Shown here one piece after another: positions 25,090-38,203 of a stretch of DNA of 64,000 nucleotides (the stretch's first letter is position 1; the number at the start of each line of letters is the position of its first letter). The notes beneath the pieces are model-generated. The model did not search any database. It was not told the origin of the DNA and saw only the letters and a list, made by a program, of their open reading frames with translations. Position numbers and translations under genes: made by a program. Source of the stretch: Octopus vulgaris (taxonomy: Eukaryota); contig OX597818.1 of assembly GCA_951406725.2 (NCBI GenBank), forward strand, positions 68,076,001-68,140,000, given 5' to 3'.

Positions 25090-26490
25090 ATGTCTCTGCT
25101 TTTCTATTGCAGTGTTTACTAGTGTTGGTATTCGTATTTGCTACAATGCTGCTTATTCTGTTAGTTAGGGTGTATTAAATACTGGCACCCGTGTAATTTG
25201 AGTGACATATCAGTAAATATTTTCTCAAATCTGTTAGCTCATAATATTCGTCTGTTTCAATCACATTCCGTTCCTTTTTATATTTAATATCTCTAAATCT
25301 CTAATTTATCGTTGTTGTGCTTCATAGTAAATTGAATGTATAACATTTGCTGTGTCTTAAAGGAAGAAAGTCTACCCAAAGTTTCTCACTATGGCAAAAG
25401 TAAAAAAAGTCAAAATATGTTTACCAGGTTTCCTTTCCTTTCAGTTATGAATGAAAACTTGCTTCTATATTTCTGCCAGGATGTTTCATATATTTTTTTT
25501 AAAGTATCCGCATAATTAAAATTGCATATGTTGGGGATAAGACGGTTCCCATTGCCTTTCCTAATTTGTCCTTATGCATTACTTGGATATGCGACTTGAT
25601 AAATAACGAGGATATTTATTAAGCAATAAATGTATTGCTTGTATACCATGTTCATGCCGGAACCACACGAAAAAGCAACTCCTAAGGATTTTCATACTTT
25701 GTACATAGACGTTGGTTTAATATATTTGAGTAGTCTTTTATGTTTTGTTTCTTTTTTAAATATGGTTTTAGTAATATGTCTACGAAATTCCTCGATCGGC
25801 GAGTCTCACAAGATTTTCTTGCCAATATCAATCACATTTTTATCAGATGAAAGAAGAAATTTAATCATGAAAATGAAGAATCTCTACTTGCATTGTTACT
25901 TTCGCGAACATTTGATAGTCCACAAAAATTGCTCGTCTTACATTTAAAGTTGGTTAAATAGCCATATTCTTTGTCAGTTATACATTTTTTATGTCTGTAT
26001 ACATTGATTAGGACGTTATGCTTTTGTTTTATTTTTTGCTGATTAAAGTTAATTTTTTCATAACTGTTATTGGCATCAGGCATAGATAGCACGAGACTTT
26101 TATAGCATTCTATGTACATTGCAGTTATACATTTAGTATCAGCTTTCTTTTCTAACCAGTTTTGCATCTGTTATCCATGCAGTCATATTCTCCCATTCTT
26201 TTGCAGCGAATTTTGAGCATCTAATTTACTTGAAGATCATATTTAAAATAAGTCATATTGTCCCTTTTGAGGAATTATATCTATTTTCATTTCTCAGAGG
26301 AAATTCATCGTAATTTCCTTCACAAAGCAATTCTTTTATAAGTCTTAGTTTTCAGCGAGACTTTCTGGCATGATTTTTGATTTCATTGATATTTCAGTTT
26401 TGCTATGTCAGTGTAAATCTAAATACTTTTGTCAATCTAGTTTTATGCTGTTAAATCTTTAGATTTCTTATGTTTCCGTTGCTGCATCTG
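25090..26490 (-). pseudogene. Penelope-like element reverse transcriptase, heavily decayed
   Basis: Minus-strand motifs in PLE order: KKADTK (KADKG), TSNFCGLSNVRES (FYGLPKIHK), GKAMGTVLSPTYAILIM (GxAMG), IQFTMK, IETDEYYELTDLRKYL (TDxYxKPT). Confidence 0.8.
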
Positions 26491-26568
26491 GTCACACCGT
26501 TCCTTACGATAGGACAAAATATATTATTTACACTTGACGGATATTTGTTCTCATCTTGTTTGTTTTTA

Positions 26569-26612
26569 ACAGAACGTTTCGGCTGATATACCCTCCAGCC
26601 TTTATCAGGTGT
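26569..26612 (-). ncRNA. pLTR hammerhead, degenerate (G8 to A), just upstream of the PLE RT
   Basis: Minus: ACAC-CTGATaA-a GGCTG gagggtatat CAGCC-GAAACGTT-cTGT. Confidence 0.7.
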
Positions 26613-26616
26613 CTTG

Positions 26617-26660
26617 GGGAAATTTTGAACTAGGGTTCTCATTCCTAAGGTATTTTTCGA

Positions 26661-26693
<33 letters not shown>

Positions 26694-27007
26694 GATTATT
26701 ATTATTCAGGTCACTGTTTGGGATCGAACTCGGAATTTTGGGGTTTGTAGCCCGCGGTCTTAACCACAATGCCATATGTAAATAATGTACATAATTCGGG
26801 AAATTTTGAACTAGGATTCTCATTCCTAAGTTATTTTTCGATGCTATTATTATTATTATTATTAGTAGTAGTAGTATTGTTATTATTATTGTTATTATTA
26901 TTATTGTTATTATTATTCAGGTCACTGCCTGGAATCGAACTCGGAATCTTGGGGTTTGTAGCCCGCAGTCTTAACCACTACGCCATATGTAAATAATGTA
27001 CATAATT
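26617..27007 (-). repeat. Two tandem units, each a tRNA-like Pol III head plus (AAT)n
   Basis: Units 26617-26796 and 26798-27007. Minus strand has A box tggcgtagtggttaag and B box gagttcgattcc. Confidence 0.85.
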
Positions 27008-27941
27008 TCTCATTTCTTAAATATAGAGCTGGACCGAAAACTGTTTAGCAGACTGATGCTATTCTCTTTCTCTTTTCTCTCTTGAAATCAAAAGCCTTGT
27101 GTGACTCGACAAATGTTGGTTTTTATTCTCTGAGTTAGTTTCAACTCCGTATCTAGGTTGGTTTCCGTTGAATTCGAAACTCGGCTGATTTCTTAAAATC
27201 TTGTTGATACATTTTGTGTTTCTTTGATATCTCCTGCATAAAATGTAATTTCATTTTTATTAATGGACTTTCCGAAGAACATATATTTCAAAATTCTTCT
27301 TCACAGTTAGAACCAACAGTTTTTATGATTACCAAAAGAAAATTTTGAAGCGGTATTTAACGAAGTGTTATATTCTGTGGCTAGGCGACACTAATAAATA
27401 AAGAACATTACGTTTTTATAATGCAGAGCTCAATAAATTGTAATTGTTTAGTATTTTATTTATCAAGACACAATATGATTGAGACAGATGTATATTATAA
27501 GCCAAGAAGTGAGAGAAAATATTTTAGTTTTACTTTATGCCTTCTATAATACACGAAATTCCATATCCTATGGAAATTAGCTAAAATAATATGCACCATT
27601 CTATCAACTTCCAACACCATCAATAATTAACACGGCAATAGAAAGAGCTGTGGTAATTATTAAGAGTGGTTTTATGAACTGAATTATTATTAATTTTCTC
27701 TTCCTCTCTCCCTGTATAAATGCATAAAAAACACGCACACACACACAGGCAGACAGATACATATATACGTACACGTGCGCGTGCATAAAACAATGATATA
27801 GCCTTAATTGATTTTCGAATCCTATTGGCTTCTCTTCAGGGGTGTCTATATCAATCTGTCCGATCCCAGTGTGACAAGCAGCCAATCTGTTTGCATACGC
27901 AACTATTCCAATTGCTAGAAGGAGCTGGAGATACAAACTAG

Positions 27942-27998
<57 letters not shown>

Positions 27999-29539
27999 CG
28001 TCCAACTATTTGCTCGATACCTAATTCTACGCAAATCTTTCGGGTGCCGCTTGTGTACGAAGTTCTCAGTCTAATCGTTAAAGGCACGAAACTGAATCTT
28101 AGTCATTTTGGTCAATAACTGATGAAGAATTAGTGTCCTTCGGTGTCTGTCCTACTTGGACGTTGTGTAGAATTTAAGTAGTATTCCTTATATATATATA
28201 CATACACATATTAAGAAAATATACATAGTAGGAATATTATAGAAAAATTTATATATATATATGCATACATATATATACATATATATATATATATACACTT
28301 ACTCATGCACATACATCTGTATATATATTCATATATATAGTTCAAGTAAGTTATCATTATCATTAAACAATAACGCTACAGTACCCAGCTATGTTCTCTG
28401 TGCATGTTTGCATATAGTGAGAGATGCGTAGTTTTTGACAATTTTCACTCTTCTTTCTAGCAAACCGGTACATATTTTACCCTGATTTTAACACACGCAC
28501 GCACGCACACACACACACACATATAAATATATGTATATACATGTATACAGAGGTAGAAAAGTGCAAAGCATATCTTACTTTGCATGAATTGAACTTCATC
28601 GTATTAGAACAAGAGATCTGGTTTCAAACCCTGCCTTGATGTGTATTTATATTTAATTCCTATTAACACTCAATCATTTCTCATTGAAGAGCGAAACATT
28701 CAGCAGAATCTCAGAAGCATAAGGTACCATAGAACAAAAATGAACTGCAATCAAATGTAACGGAAAATCTAAAGAAGTAAATCCCTTCTTTCTTGTCTAT
28801 TTGATAACATAGGTTTCGACATTTTTAAAATGAATATTTTTGATTTCAAATAGTAGGACAATCTCACGTGACTGAACTTTTTCTAAACTGTGTTATATAT
28901 GGGAGTCTCTATTGCATACATGTGTGTTTCTCAGTGTGTGTGTGTATATATATGTATGTGTATGTATGTAAGTATATACGTATGTATATATGCATATATG
29001 CATGTATGTATATAAAGGCATCTATATACATATGCGTTTACATAGGGGTGTCTGTGAGTGTGTATGCATACATTTGTATATGTTCAAAATATATATATAC
29101 ACACATATATATATATATATATATACATGTGTATAAAATAAATTTAGATATATAGATAAATGTTTCCCAAAAACAATGAGAGATTAAAGTTATAATAACA
29201 TACGTCTGGTGCAGTGCAGAATATTGAGTGAGTGGTGGAAACCATCAATTATAGATGTCTTCCATGAAAGTATATACTTAACTGAAAATCTAACTCAATC
29301 ATATATATTTCACTAAGTTCTTTCCTCTGAATTAAATATTTCTTGAAGATTGATGAAGGAAATAAACTTTTCTTTTCCTTCTTTTATTTCAATTTATTTA
29401 TTTATTTTCTCTACATAACTCTTACTTGCTCTCTCTTCTCCCATCTTTATTTTTTCGGTTTAGATTAAGAAGAAGTCTAAGAACGATTGCAATTTTTTTT
29501 AAAGAATTTAAATTGATTTTCTTATTGTTGAGTTACGGC

Positions 29540-29542
<3 letters not shown>

Positions 29543-29581
<39 letters not shown>

Positions 29582-29585
29582 CATG

Positions 29586-29667
<82 letters not shown>

Positions 29668-29680
29668 TACATATATATAT

Positions 29681-29713
<33 letters not shown>

Positions 29714-29769
29714 TATATACATATATATATATATATACATATATAATATATATATATATACATATATAC

Positions 29770-29844
<75 letters not shown>

Positions 29845-29858
29845 CATGCATACATACT

Positions 29859-29914
<56 letters not shown>
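29543..29914. repeat. Long compound (TA)n microsatellite
   Basis: Seen directly. Confidence 0.95.
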
Positions 29915-29917
<3 letters not shown>

Positions 29918-30443
29918 GTTCAGCTCCACTTGTGCAACGACTGAGCACAGATGGTGGGCAGGCGGGGTACTGGTCTAAACCAGCACTTACCTTATGCACT
30001 AAATAATGACCAACTCATCGTTATTTCAGGATTGTCTCACCTGAATCTTGGCATTGAAAATGGGGTCTTTATTATTACGGACAGACATATGTATATAGGA
30101 CTACAGCATCCTGTATTGAAATACAAAAACACGATGTCAATTGACAGATTCAGTTGATATTCCTTGATTGTTAAGTGGTTCTATAGATTCTCCTCCGATT
30201 GCTTATTTTCTTATTTTATAATTTGTTGAGTTTGGAGGAAGGAGTTGTTCCATTCCCGTTGGAACTCCTCTGACACTAACCAGCTTGACGCTGTTAAATT
30301 TCTATTGTACTGTGTTTTCAGGCTAAATTTAACAATTTCCATCTTACTTTCTTTTTCTAGAAGGAGCTTCAGGTATTGGTGAACACTCAACGGTGTTGGA
30401 AAGTATGAAGATTAAAGTTGTAATTGAGAAACAATTAGCTGAC

Positions 30444-30630
30444 ATGGAGGACAGAAGCCACTGGATATTGCAAAAGAGTTAGTTACGTGTGTTATGAGGA
30501 TTAGCACTGGGTATCAAAATGCCGACATCATATGCGCTGCCCAGTGCTCTATAAAAACTGTAAATGTTGTTAGACGTACAATAGACAGCTGCAACAGAGG
30601 CTACGAAATCATGATCAGCAGGAAGGGATA
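30444..30630 (+). pseudogene. Possible Tc1/mariner-superfamily transposase N-terminal HTH remnant
   Basis: ...VMRISTGYQNADIICAAQCSIKTVNVVRRTIDSCNRGYEIMISRK resembles an HTH followed by a basic motif. No TIR identified. Confidence 0.35.
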
Positions 30631-30884
30631 GAGCAGGTATTCTGGTACATGGCTATGTGAAGCTGTTGAAGATTGTAGTTAACCCGTTTGGAGAGAGCTG
30701 CTGCTGGAAGGCCATATGTGTCAGAAGGGTTCGGTTCCTTGCTATACCTTTAGAAACAGTCAGATGTGGTTGTTGGAGAATTTCTATAACCTCACCATCC
30801 CCAATTTCTGGCCTCCTAATGCCCCCATTTGTAATCCTAAGGATTACTCTAAGTGAGGTGTAACTGAGAAGGATACCTTCTAAC

Positions 30885-31125
30885 TTATGGGGATGTAAAC
30901 ACACCAACACCAGTTATCAGACGATGGTGGTTGACATTGACACAAATACACACACATGTACACGAAGGGCTTCTTTCCATTTCTATCTACTAAATCCACT
31001 CACAATGTATTGGTTGGTCGGAGGCTATAGAAGAAGACACTTGCCCAGTCTGACGTGCAATGGGACTGAACCTGGAACCATGTGATTGGGAGGTAAACGT
31101 CTTACCACTCAGGCATGCCTGCATC
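30885..31125 (-). mobile_element. SINE family A, partial
   Basis: ggctatagaagaagacacttgccc and ccatgtgattgg motifs. Confidence 0.75.
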
Positions 31126-31934
31126 TGTTTATTGTTTATTTCTGAAATTCAAATAACTTTTAAATATTTTGAGTCATATGACAACGGAGTACTGACTCGC
31201 AAAAAAAAAAAAACAGAGACTAATTCCTTTTAGAGGAAAAGGCAAATTAAAATCCATTTAGTTCCAATGTCTGGCTTTCTAATTTCAAGTTCAGATTCTG
31301 TCATTCCTAATCTAAGTTATTGAAAGAAGCCGCATTCATTATTTGAATTGCTTCAATTAACTTCATACCTACAAATATGAAATCAGATGACAGCAGTAAA
31401 AACCAAAGGTGAGAGAAATTGCCACGATTTACTCAATACATAGGCGTTAGCCCGAGTGTGTTGGTAAGAAGGTTGTTTCCTTATTACATGGTTTCTGGTT
31501 CAATTCTATTGTAAGGCATTTTAAGAAGGTGTTTGGTACAATAGCCCTGTGCTAACCAAAGCCTTGTGGGGTTATTTGGTAGACGAAACGGAAAGAAGAA
31601 CAAATGAAGACATAAGTGAATGTATAGATAAATAAATATATAAGTAAACAAATGAATAGATAAATAGATGCATAAAGAGCTAAGTAGATAGGTAGATGAA
31701 TGTGTAGATATAGATTCGTAGTTATATGTGTGCGGTTGTGTGAACCCTCGTTTTAATCATTTGGTGATTGTAAACAAGCATCATCTTCAAATAAGCAGTG
31801 TTGCTCGTTTCTAGTCCTCTGTGAAGAATATGTCTGGCCATAGGGGAAAATATTTGTTTGGGACAGGCAATAGTCGGCGACAGGAAAGGCACACAGCGAT
31901 AGAAAAGCTGCCTCAAAACCAATTATGACACTTC

Positions 31935-31944
31935 TACGGCTGCT

Positions 31945-31975
<31 letters not shown>

Positions 31976-32187
31976 ATGATGGTGTTGATGACAACGACGA
32001 CGATCATGATGTTGGCGATGGTGATAATCATGACGACGACGATGATGAGGATGATGCTGACGATGACAGTATTAGGGATGGTGACGACAACAATAACCAT
32101 TATAACAACGACAACGACAATGATGATGATGGTGGTGGTGATGGTGGTGATGACGATGATGATGATGATGATGATGAAGATGATGAT
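31935..32187. repeat. Degenerate (GAT/GAC/GGT)n trinucleotide tract
   Basis: Seen directly. Confidence 0.9.
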
Positions 32188-32674
32188 TTTGTTTCAGGTG
32201 AATTTCCTCATGAGTATTAAATGCGATAACATTGGAAACATCAGAATTTAAGCAAATTTTTCAAACCTACTTTAGTGAAGAAAATAAGATTTGCAGAATT
32301 ATGATAAATTCCGATTTATGAAGGAAAGTGACCAGCTTTTAGGTGCTCGACAGACATAAGCAGCTTGTAACAATGGCGACGGAACCGACACGCCGTCAGT
32401 TTTAAGCTATTTGCACGCGTTCTCAGTGGTGGATACTCATCCGCTAGAGATAGCAGTAGTTCACTCAAGCTCACAATATATAGGAGAATTAGGGACAACT
32501 AGAAGGTCCGGTGGTCCTGCCACCGTTGCTAGACGATGGTAGGGTTCGCTCCCTTGCTGCAATATATATCGGATACAGACTGGATCGATAACCAGCTGGA
32601 GGAGGGTTAAAAATGTTAGTGACGGAACAGCCATGTTGAAGTGGCGACATGCATATATATATGTGTGTGTATGT

Positions 32675-32899
32675 CATTCTACAGTTTTATTTAAAGATTT
32701 CTTGCCAGTCGAGAAGGAGCCGGTTTCTAACCTAGATTCAAAGCTCCTTCTTTGGAAGTTCAACATCAACAAGAGAGTATTTTTGTTTGTATGTATGCAT
32801 GTATGTAAATGTTCAGATTTGTATGTTTGGCTTTATGTATGTATTTGTATGCATATATTTAGATATCTAGACATGCTCATATATATTTAAATGATAAAC
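32675..32899 (-). mobile_element. 3' UTR-only copy of the R4/Dong-like LINE
   Basis: Reverse complement of 55252-55470 (gtttatcatttaa stop region and taggttagaaaccggctc). Confidence 0.75.
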
Positions 32900-33211
32900 C
32901 TATGTATGTATTGTGTATATATCCATATCTGTGTGTGTGCGTTCGTAGTGAATGTGTTTTCAGCTCTTTGTCTCTTCGTGTTTTTTTTTTGTTTGTTTTG
33001 TGGTTGTAAACGGTGTTTGTAAATAATATTTTTGTTTCTAGTTGTCATGCTGACATGGAATACTGGTGACAACTGATACCATCTGTTTTCAACCACTGAG
33101 CGAGCTCACATTTAAGGTGATGGAAATTTGAACTCGCTCACACAATGATTCACATACCCATATATACAAACACATACATACATACATGCAAATATACGCA
33201 CACACACAGAG

Positions 33212-33248
<37 letters not shown>

Positions 33249-33831
33249 GATAGATAAGGACAGAGTGAGAAAGAGAAAGAGACAAGTAGACAGAAAGACA
33301 GACAGATACATAGAAAGATAGGTAGATAGATAGATACAAAGAGATAGATAGATAGATACAGAGAGATAGATATATGGATAGATACGATGTGTACATTTTT
33401 GCTTCTGTCTACCAAATGTCACTCATATGGTTTTCGTCAACCCAGGACAACAACAAAACAAACACTTGACCAAGGTGCCCCACAGCTGGATTGAACTTTA
33501 AATGTCGTGATTGGATTGTGAAATTCTGAACAACACAGCTATGCCAGTTGCTGAAATATCTCAAGCAAGGATTCTACGCATAAATATTTATTAATCGAAT
33601 GCATATACGGCAGAACCAATATCTTTTATTAATAAGAAGCGATCAATCACTAATCAACCACACGGTCAATTAAGAGAGCACCTGTCTAACATCAACCGCT
33701 TCTAACATTTTTCCTTTTCAGTACAGCAGGTTAGTAAAAGTTTCTTCATTTATCTCAAGTTATACTTTTAAGCAGTAGAAAGTTTTGTTTTCATACGAGA
33801 TACATTGATGGTCATTTAGGTTGTGATATAT

Positions 33832-34060
33832 ATTTCTTTACTACCCACAAGGGGCTAAACACAGGGGAAAAACAAGGACAGACAAAGGGATTAAGTCGAT
33901 TACATCGACCCCAGTGCGTAACTGGTACTTAATTTATCGACCCCAAAAGGATGAAAGACAAAGTCGACCTCGGCGGAATTTGAACTCAGAACGTAACGGC
34001 AGACGAAATACGGCTACGCATTTCATCCGGCGTGCTAACGTTTCTGCCAGCTCGCCGCCT
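33832..34060 (-). mobile_element. SINE family B, full-length monomer with a 16-17 bp TSD
   Basis: TSD ttaggttgtgatatat at 33816-33831 and 34061-34076. Confidence 0.93.
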
Positions 34061-34619
34061 TTAGGTTGTGATATATCTTATGAAATGTCTTAATCATAGA
34101 TTTTACGTTGGGCAAAATATATGAAAAGTTCCTCGGTGTTATTGTTGCTGTTGTTGTTCTCTGATTATCTTTACATGAATAGACTTCAGATTAAAATATG
34201 TCTAGCCGTGACCATCTTGTCTAGTCGTATTTGTTCCAAATCTTCATATTCTGAGGTCAAGTTCAACAGTGGTCATCTTTGCCTCTCATCTTCCACAAGG
34301 TAAAAAATATGAAATACCAGTGATGGAGTGGAATCCCTACACACTCTTCAAAATGTTTCAATCGTTCTGCCCATGCTTTGTGCCCAAAACAATTATTTTA
34401 CTAATTTCTGTCATGGCGGATATCCTACGGCCTTCCATTCAACACAATATATGATTATATCAATCTTATGACCGATTTTGTTGGCCCTGGGGAAAGGAAA
34501 GTGGTTTTTATCATAGGTAAAAGTTGTGCCAAGTCTTACGGGTAAAATTAAGGAGACAGAAACTATGTAGCACCTATTCAAGGGAGTACACGTGCTATAG
34601 GGTGGCAGATATAACTCAG

Positions 34620-35200
34620 AATCCATCTCAAGATTCTTGACTCTCTTCGGTAAATATTTTCCAGTAAATCACTTATGCAGAAAAATATTCAACAGTCGTT
34701 CAATTAAATTATCATATAGCCCAATAGGAAGAGCATCATAACATGAAAATACCCACAAGGAGTTTACTCCCAGTTGTAACTATAGAGACTCAAGAATTTG
34801 TCCAGTCGACAAGGGGTGCATGAATAAATCCGTCATGTATGAGGCAGAAGTTGCAGCAACGCCAAATGATAACATAGATGAAAAGAAGAATTACATCGGG
34901 TTATTGAAGGCGACTTCGAAATTGCTATACGAACTACATCTTGCTTTCCAGTACAATCACAAATGTAAAACCATTAAGCTAGATAACCACGTATGGGATT
35001 TGAAATCTAACACTACACCACACATTATGAAGGGGAAAATAATTGAAAAATCCTTGCCATATGTCAGTGGACCAGAAAACAAATGTAAGCTATGCGTAGC
35101 TAAAACATCATAGCTCCTTTACATATCAAATAACTATACCGTATTGCTGAGTTCCAGATTTGAAATTTTCAGATGTAAAAATATGAATATATTCTTGTTG
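34620..35200 (+). pseudogene. Penelope-like element linker and GIY-YIG endonuclease remnant
   Basis: FLTLFGKYFPVNHLCRKIFNSRSIKLSYS...SVMYEAEV..KKNYIG..LDNHVWDLK..IIEKSLPY..NKCKLCVAK. Confidence 0.8.
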
Positions 35201-35472
35201 ATGAAGTGGAAAATACCACCCTCTCCGGACTCAGCAGCTGTAATACAGACTCTAGACCCATCTGCGTTCAGGCTTATTATGATGACATTACGGTCCAAGA
35301 TGATGAGACTCTAATTATCTCCCTTCTTTTTCTTTTTCCTATTTTCCTTTCCCTTTCGTTGTCCGGTGTTCTTACCCTTCCACCTTTTACATCCACTTTC
35401 TCGTCTTTTCTTCTATTTTCTCTTATTCTATCGTCCCATTTTAGATTGTATACGACATACGAGCACAGCCTA

Positions 35473-35543
35473 AAGTTTGCATGAAGATACTAGACATGTG
35501 TGGAGTCTTTGCCATTTATTTTGCATGAAACTGTTAGTAGCTT
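35473..35543 (+). ncRNA. Degenerate hammerhead 3' of the GIY-YIG remnant
   Basis: aagt..aTGAAGA-...-GAAACT gtt AGTA-gctt, on the same strand as the PLE fragment. Confidence 0.45.
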
Positions 35544-35756
35544 ATAAAATGTACAGTATGACTTTTTTGACAATATATATCACCAGATGGATAACATTTT
35601 TTCGATCTCACCTTCATGGAACAATATAATGTGAATATATATATATACATATTTATAATAAGGGTAGATCGTATACGAGTGGGTATATATTAGTAAAAAA
35701 GAAGTTTGAAAACACCACTATATTAGATGAATTTTAATTTTTTAATTTTCTTATGA

Positions 35757-35801
35757 ATTTTACATGTTTCGGTTCTTGAAAAAACGAACCTTATCAAAAA
35801 T
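35757..35801 (-). ncRNA. Degenerate minimal hammerhead
   Basis: Minus: ATTT-tTGATaA-GGTTC gttttttcaa GAACC-GAAACATGTA-AAAT. Confidence 0.6.
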
Positions 35802-36115
35802 ATTATAAAAAGTGAAAATTGAAAAGTTCATAATCGTTTCTTACTGTTCTCAATAGAATCCTTGTGCAGTCTCTATCTAACAAGAAGACACTTAAGTCTT
35901 TGGTTGGCTCGGAGCTCTTGTAAAAGACCCTTGCCCAACATCACCAGCAGAGCGAATGAACTTGAAGCCACATGATAAAGAAGCAAACTTGTTAAATTCA
36001 GAGCCATTCTTGTCTGACAATCCCTGCAAAATATGTGTATGAAAACAGCAGATTTTTAAAATAACTTTACCATCTTACACACACACAGACACACTCACAC
36101 TCACACACACACAAA

Positions 36116-36159
<44 letters not shown>

Positions 36160-36503
36160 TCGTAAAACTTTTAACGGAGTAATTTTTACATATTGCTGTT
36201 ATTCTGTTCAAATATATACTTTAGAAATTTAAAATTTTCAGCGAAACGTGATAGCTGGATATTCTAAACTGAAGTATTTCTGCCTATAATAAAAAAATAA
36301 AAAAAGAAAGAAAAACTTGCAATATACTTCATATTCAACAGTACTCAACGACAGATAGAAGCTGGTGTGTGCTGACATGCTAAATGTAACATATAGGTAT
36401 TAACACTAATGCATGTTGAAGATTTAAAAAGCAAGAAATTGTATTTAACAACATGATTACTTTTGTTATACTTACTTATATGGAGACTTTCGATACTTTA
36501 TTT

Positions 36504-36683
<180 letters not shown>

Positions 36684-37031
36684 TTTAAAATTCAAACGGT
36701 TTTGTATATTGAAAGGAATTTATTGTATGTGTGTGTATGCGTACATGCGTGTGTGCACATAGTAGATGTGTATATAAATATACATATAAGCATACATAGG
36801 CACGTATATATATATATATATATATACACATACGCACAAATGTCTGTAGTAATGGTATAAGTTTCTGTCATTCCAGGCCCCACAGAACTGTATGTAAAGC
36901 AACATGTAACAATAATTATGTCTCGCAGTGTGAACTCTATAATTTGGTTGTTTCGTTGAATAAAATTTCCCCGTCACACACACATACACCAATACCCGCA
37001 CTCTCTCTCTCTCGTTCGCTCTTTCTCTCTC

Positions 37032-37064
<33 letters not shown>

Positions 37065-37909
37065 GCCCCTACGTATGCCAGGTTACCTTCTGTGCTTCCG
37101 GTAACATGTAACCCAATACAACCTGTCACGTGGTTGAACCATTCGCTACTAAACCAGCACCTTGGTATAGTGGTTGGCTTTTGTTGGACACCCTGCAGAA
37201 TGAAAATAAGCCTGTCAAAAGGCTATTGGCCTCGGTAGAGCAAATAAGCATCGAACGACTGGGAACTGGAAACGCCCGGTCATTGTTTAGACATTATTTC
37301 TAAGGGAATGTCAACTCTCATATCACACCTACAACTTCTTTTGTATCCAACGCCATATATTATTTCTGCCTTTTGGGAGAATGCCTATATTATCTAGAGA
37401 GCGGGATTGGCCCTTTGCAATATATATGTATGTATACATGTGTGTATGTGTGTATGTATACCTGTCTATGCGTATTTGTATGAATATATGGATGTCTCCT
37501 TGTCTTGTCATCATGTGACTAACGAGTGTCAGCAGCATCTTCTATAAAGACCTTTATGGTCACGAGGCAATAATACCTGGCTTCAAAGAGCAACCACGTG
37601 AAGATTAGCAAAAGGAAGGGCTTCAAGTCGCAGAAAATTATCCTGAATGAAATTTAACACAAGCAAGTATTTGGTATTGAAACAATGACAACGAAGATGA
37701 GAATAACTATATATATATCGTCGTTTCTAATATACACTTACATCGATTCCACCGTGGTGTAGTTATGCATTTATAATAAAATAAATATATACAAATTAGG
37801 AAAAATAATTAAAATTATAGTGCTCTTTCTACTTCGCGCAGGGTTTTGGAACGTAACACTCGCGATAGGTATACATATAGCTATATACATACATACATAC
37901 ATAGAACCA

Positions 37910-38203
37910 CTGGCCATCCATCGGTTACGATGACAATTATTTCAGTTGATCCAAACAAAAAAACTGTTTGCACATGAAACTCACATGCACGTGGCTGGGC
38001 AACCACCAGATGCAAGTACTTTTAACGTAGTTTTCAGGGAGATTCAGTGTGACACAGAATGGGATAAGACTGACCCTGTGTATTACTGGTACATCTAACT
38101 TTTGCTGGCTGAGTGGACTGGAGCAATGTGAAATAAAATATCTTGCCGGAGGACACAGGGCACCACCAGGAATCGAACTCACCACCTAAAGATTATGAGC
38201 CAC
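37910..38203 (-). mobile_element. CORE-type tRNA SINE, degenerate
   Basis: B box gagttcgattcc, then gtgtcctccggcaagatattttatttcac on the minus strand. Confidence 0.65.

Noticed and set aside
26700-26990. tRNA genes, here and at SINE heads
   Set aside because: A/B boxes are present but acceptor stems are incomplete, and each runs into repeat body sequence.
29522-30006. Long [12 protein letters not shown], poly-L/I/Y and poly-M ORFs here and throughout the track
   Set aside because: They are stop-free translations of (TA)n, (CA)n, (ATT)n and (GAT)n microsatellites.
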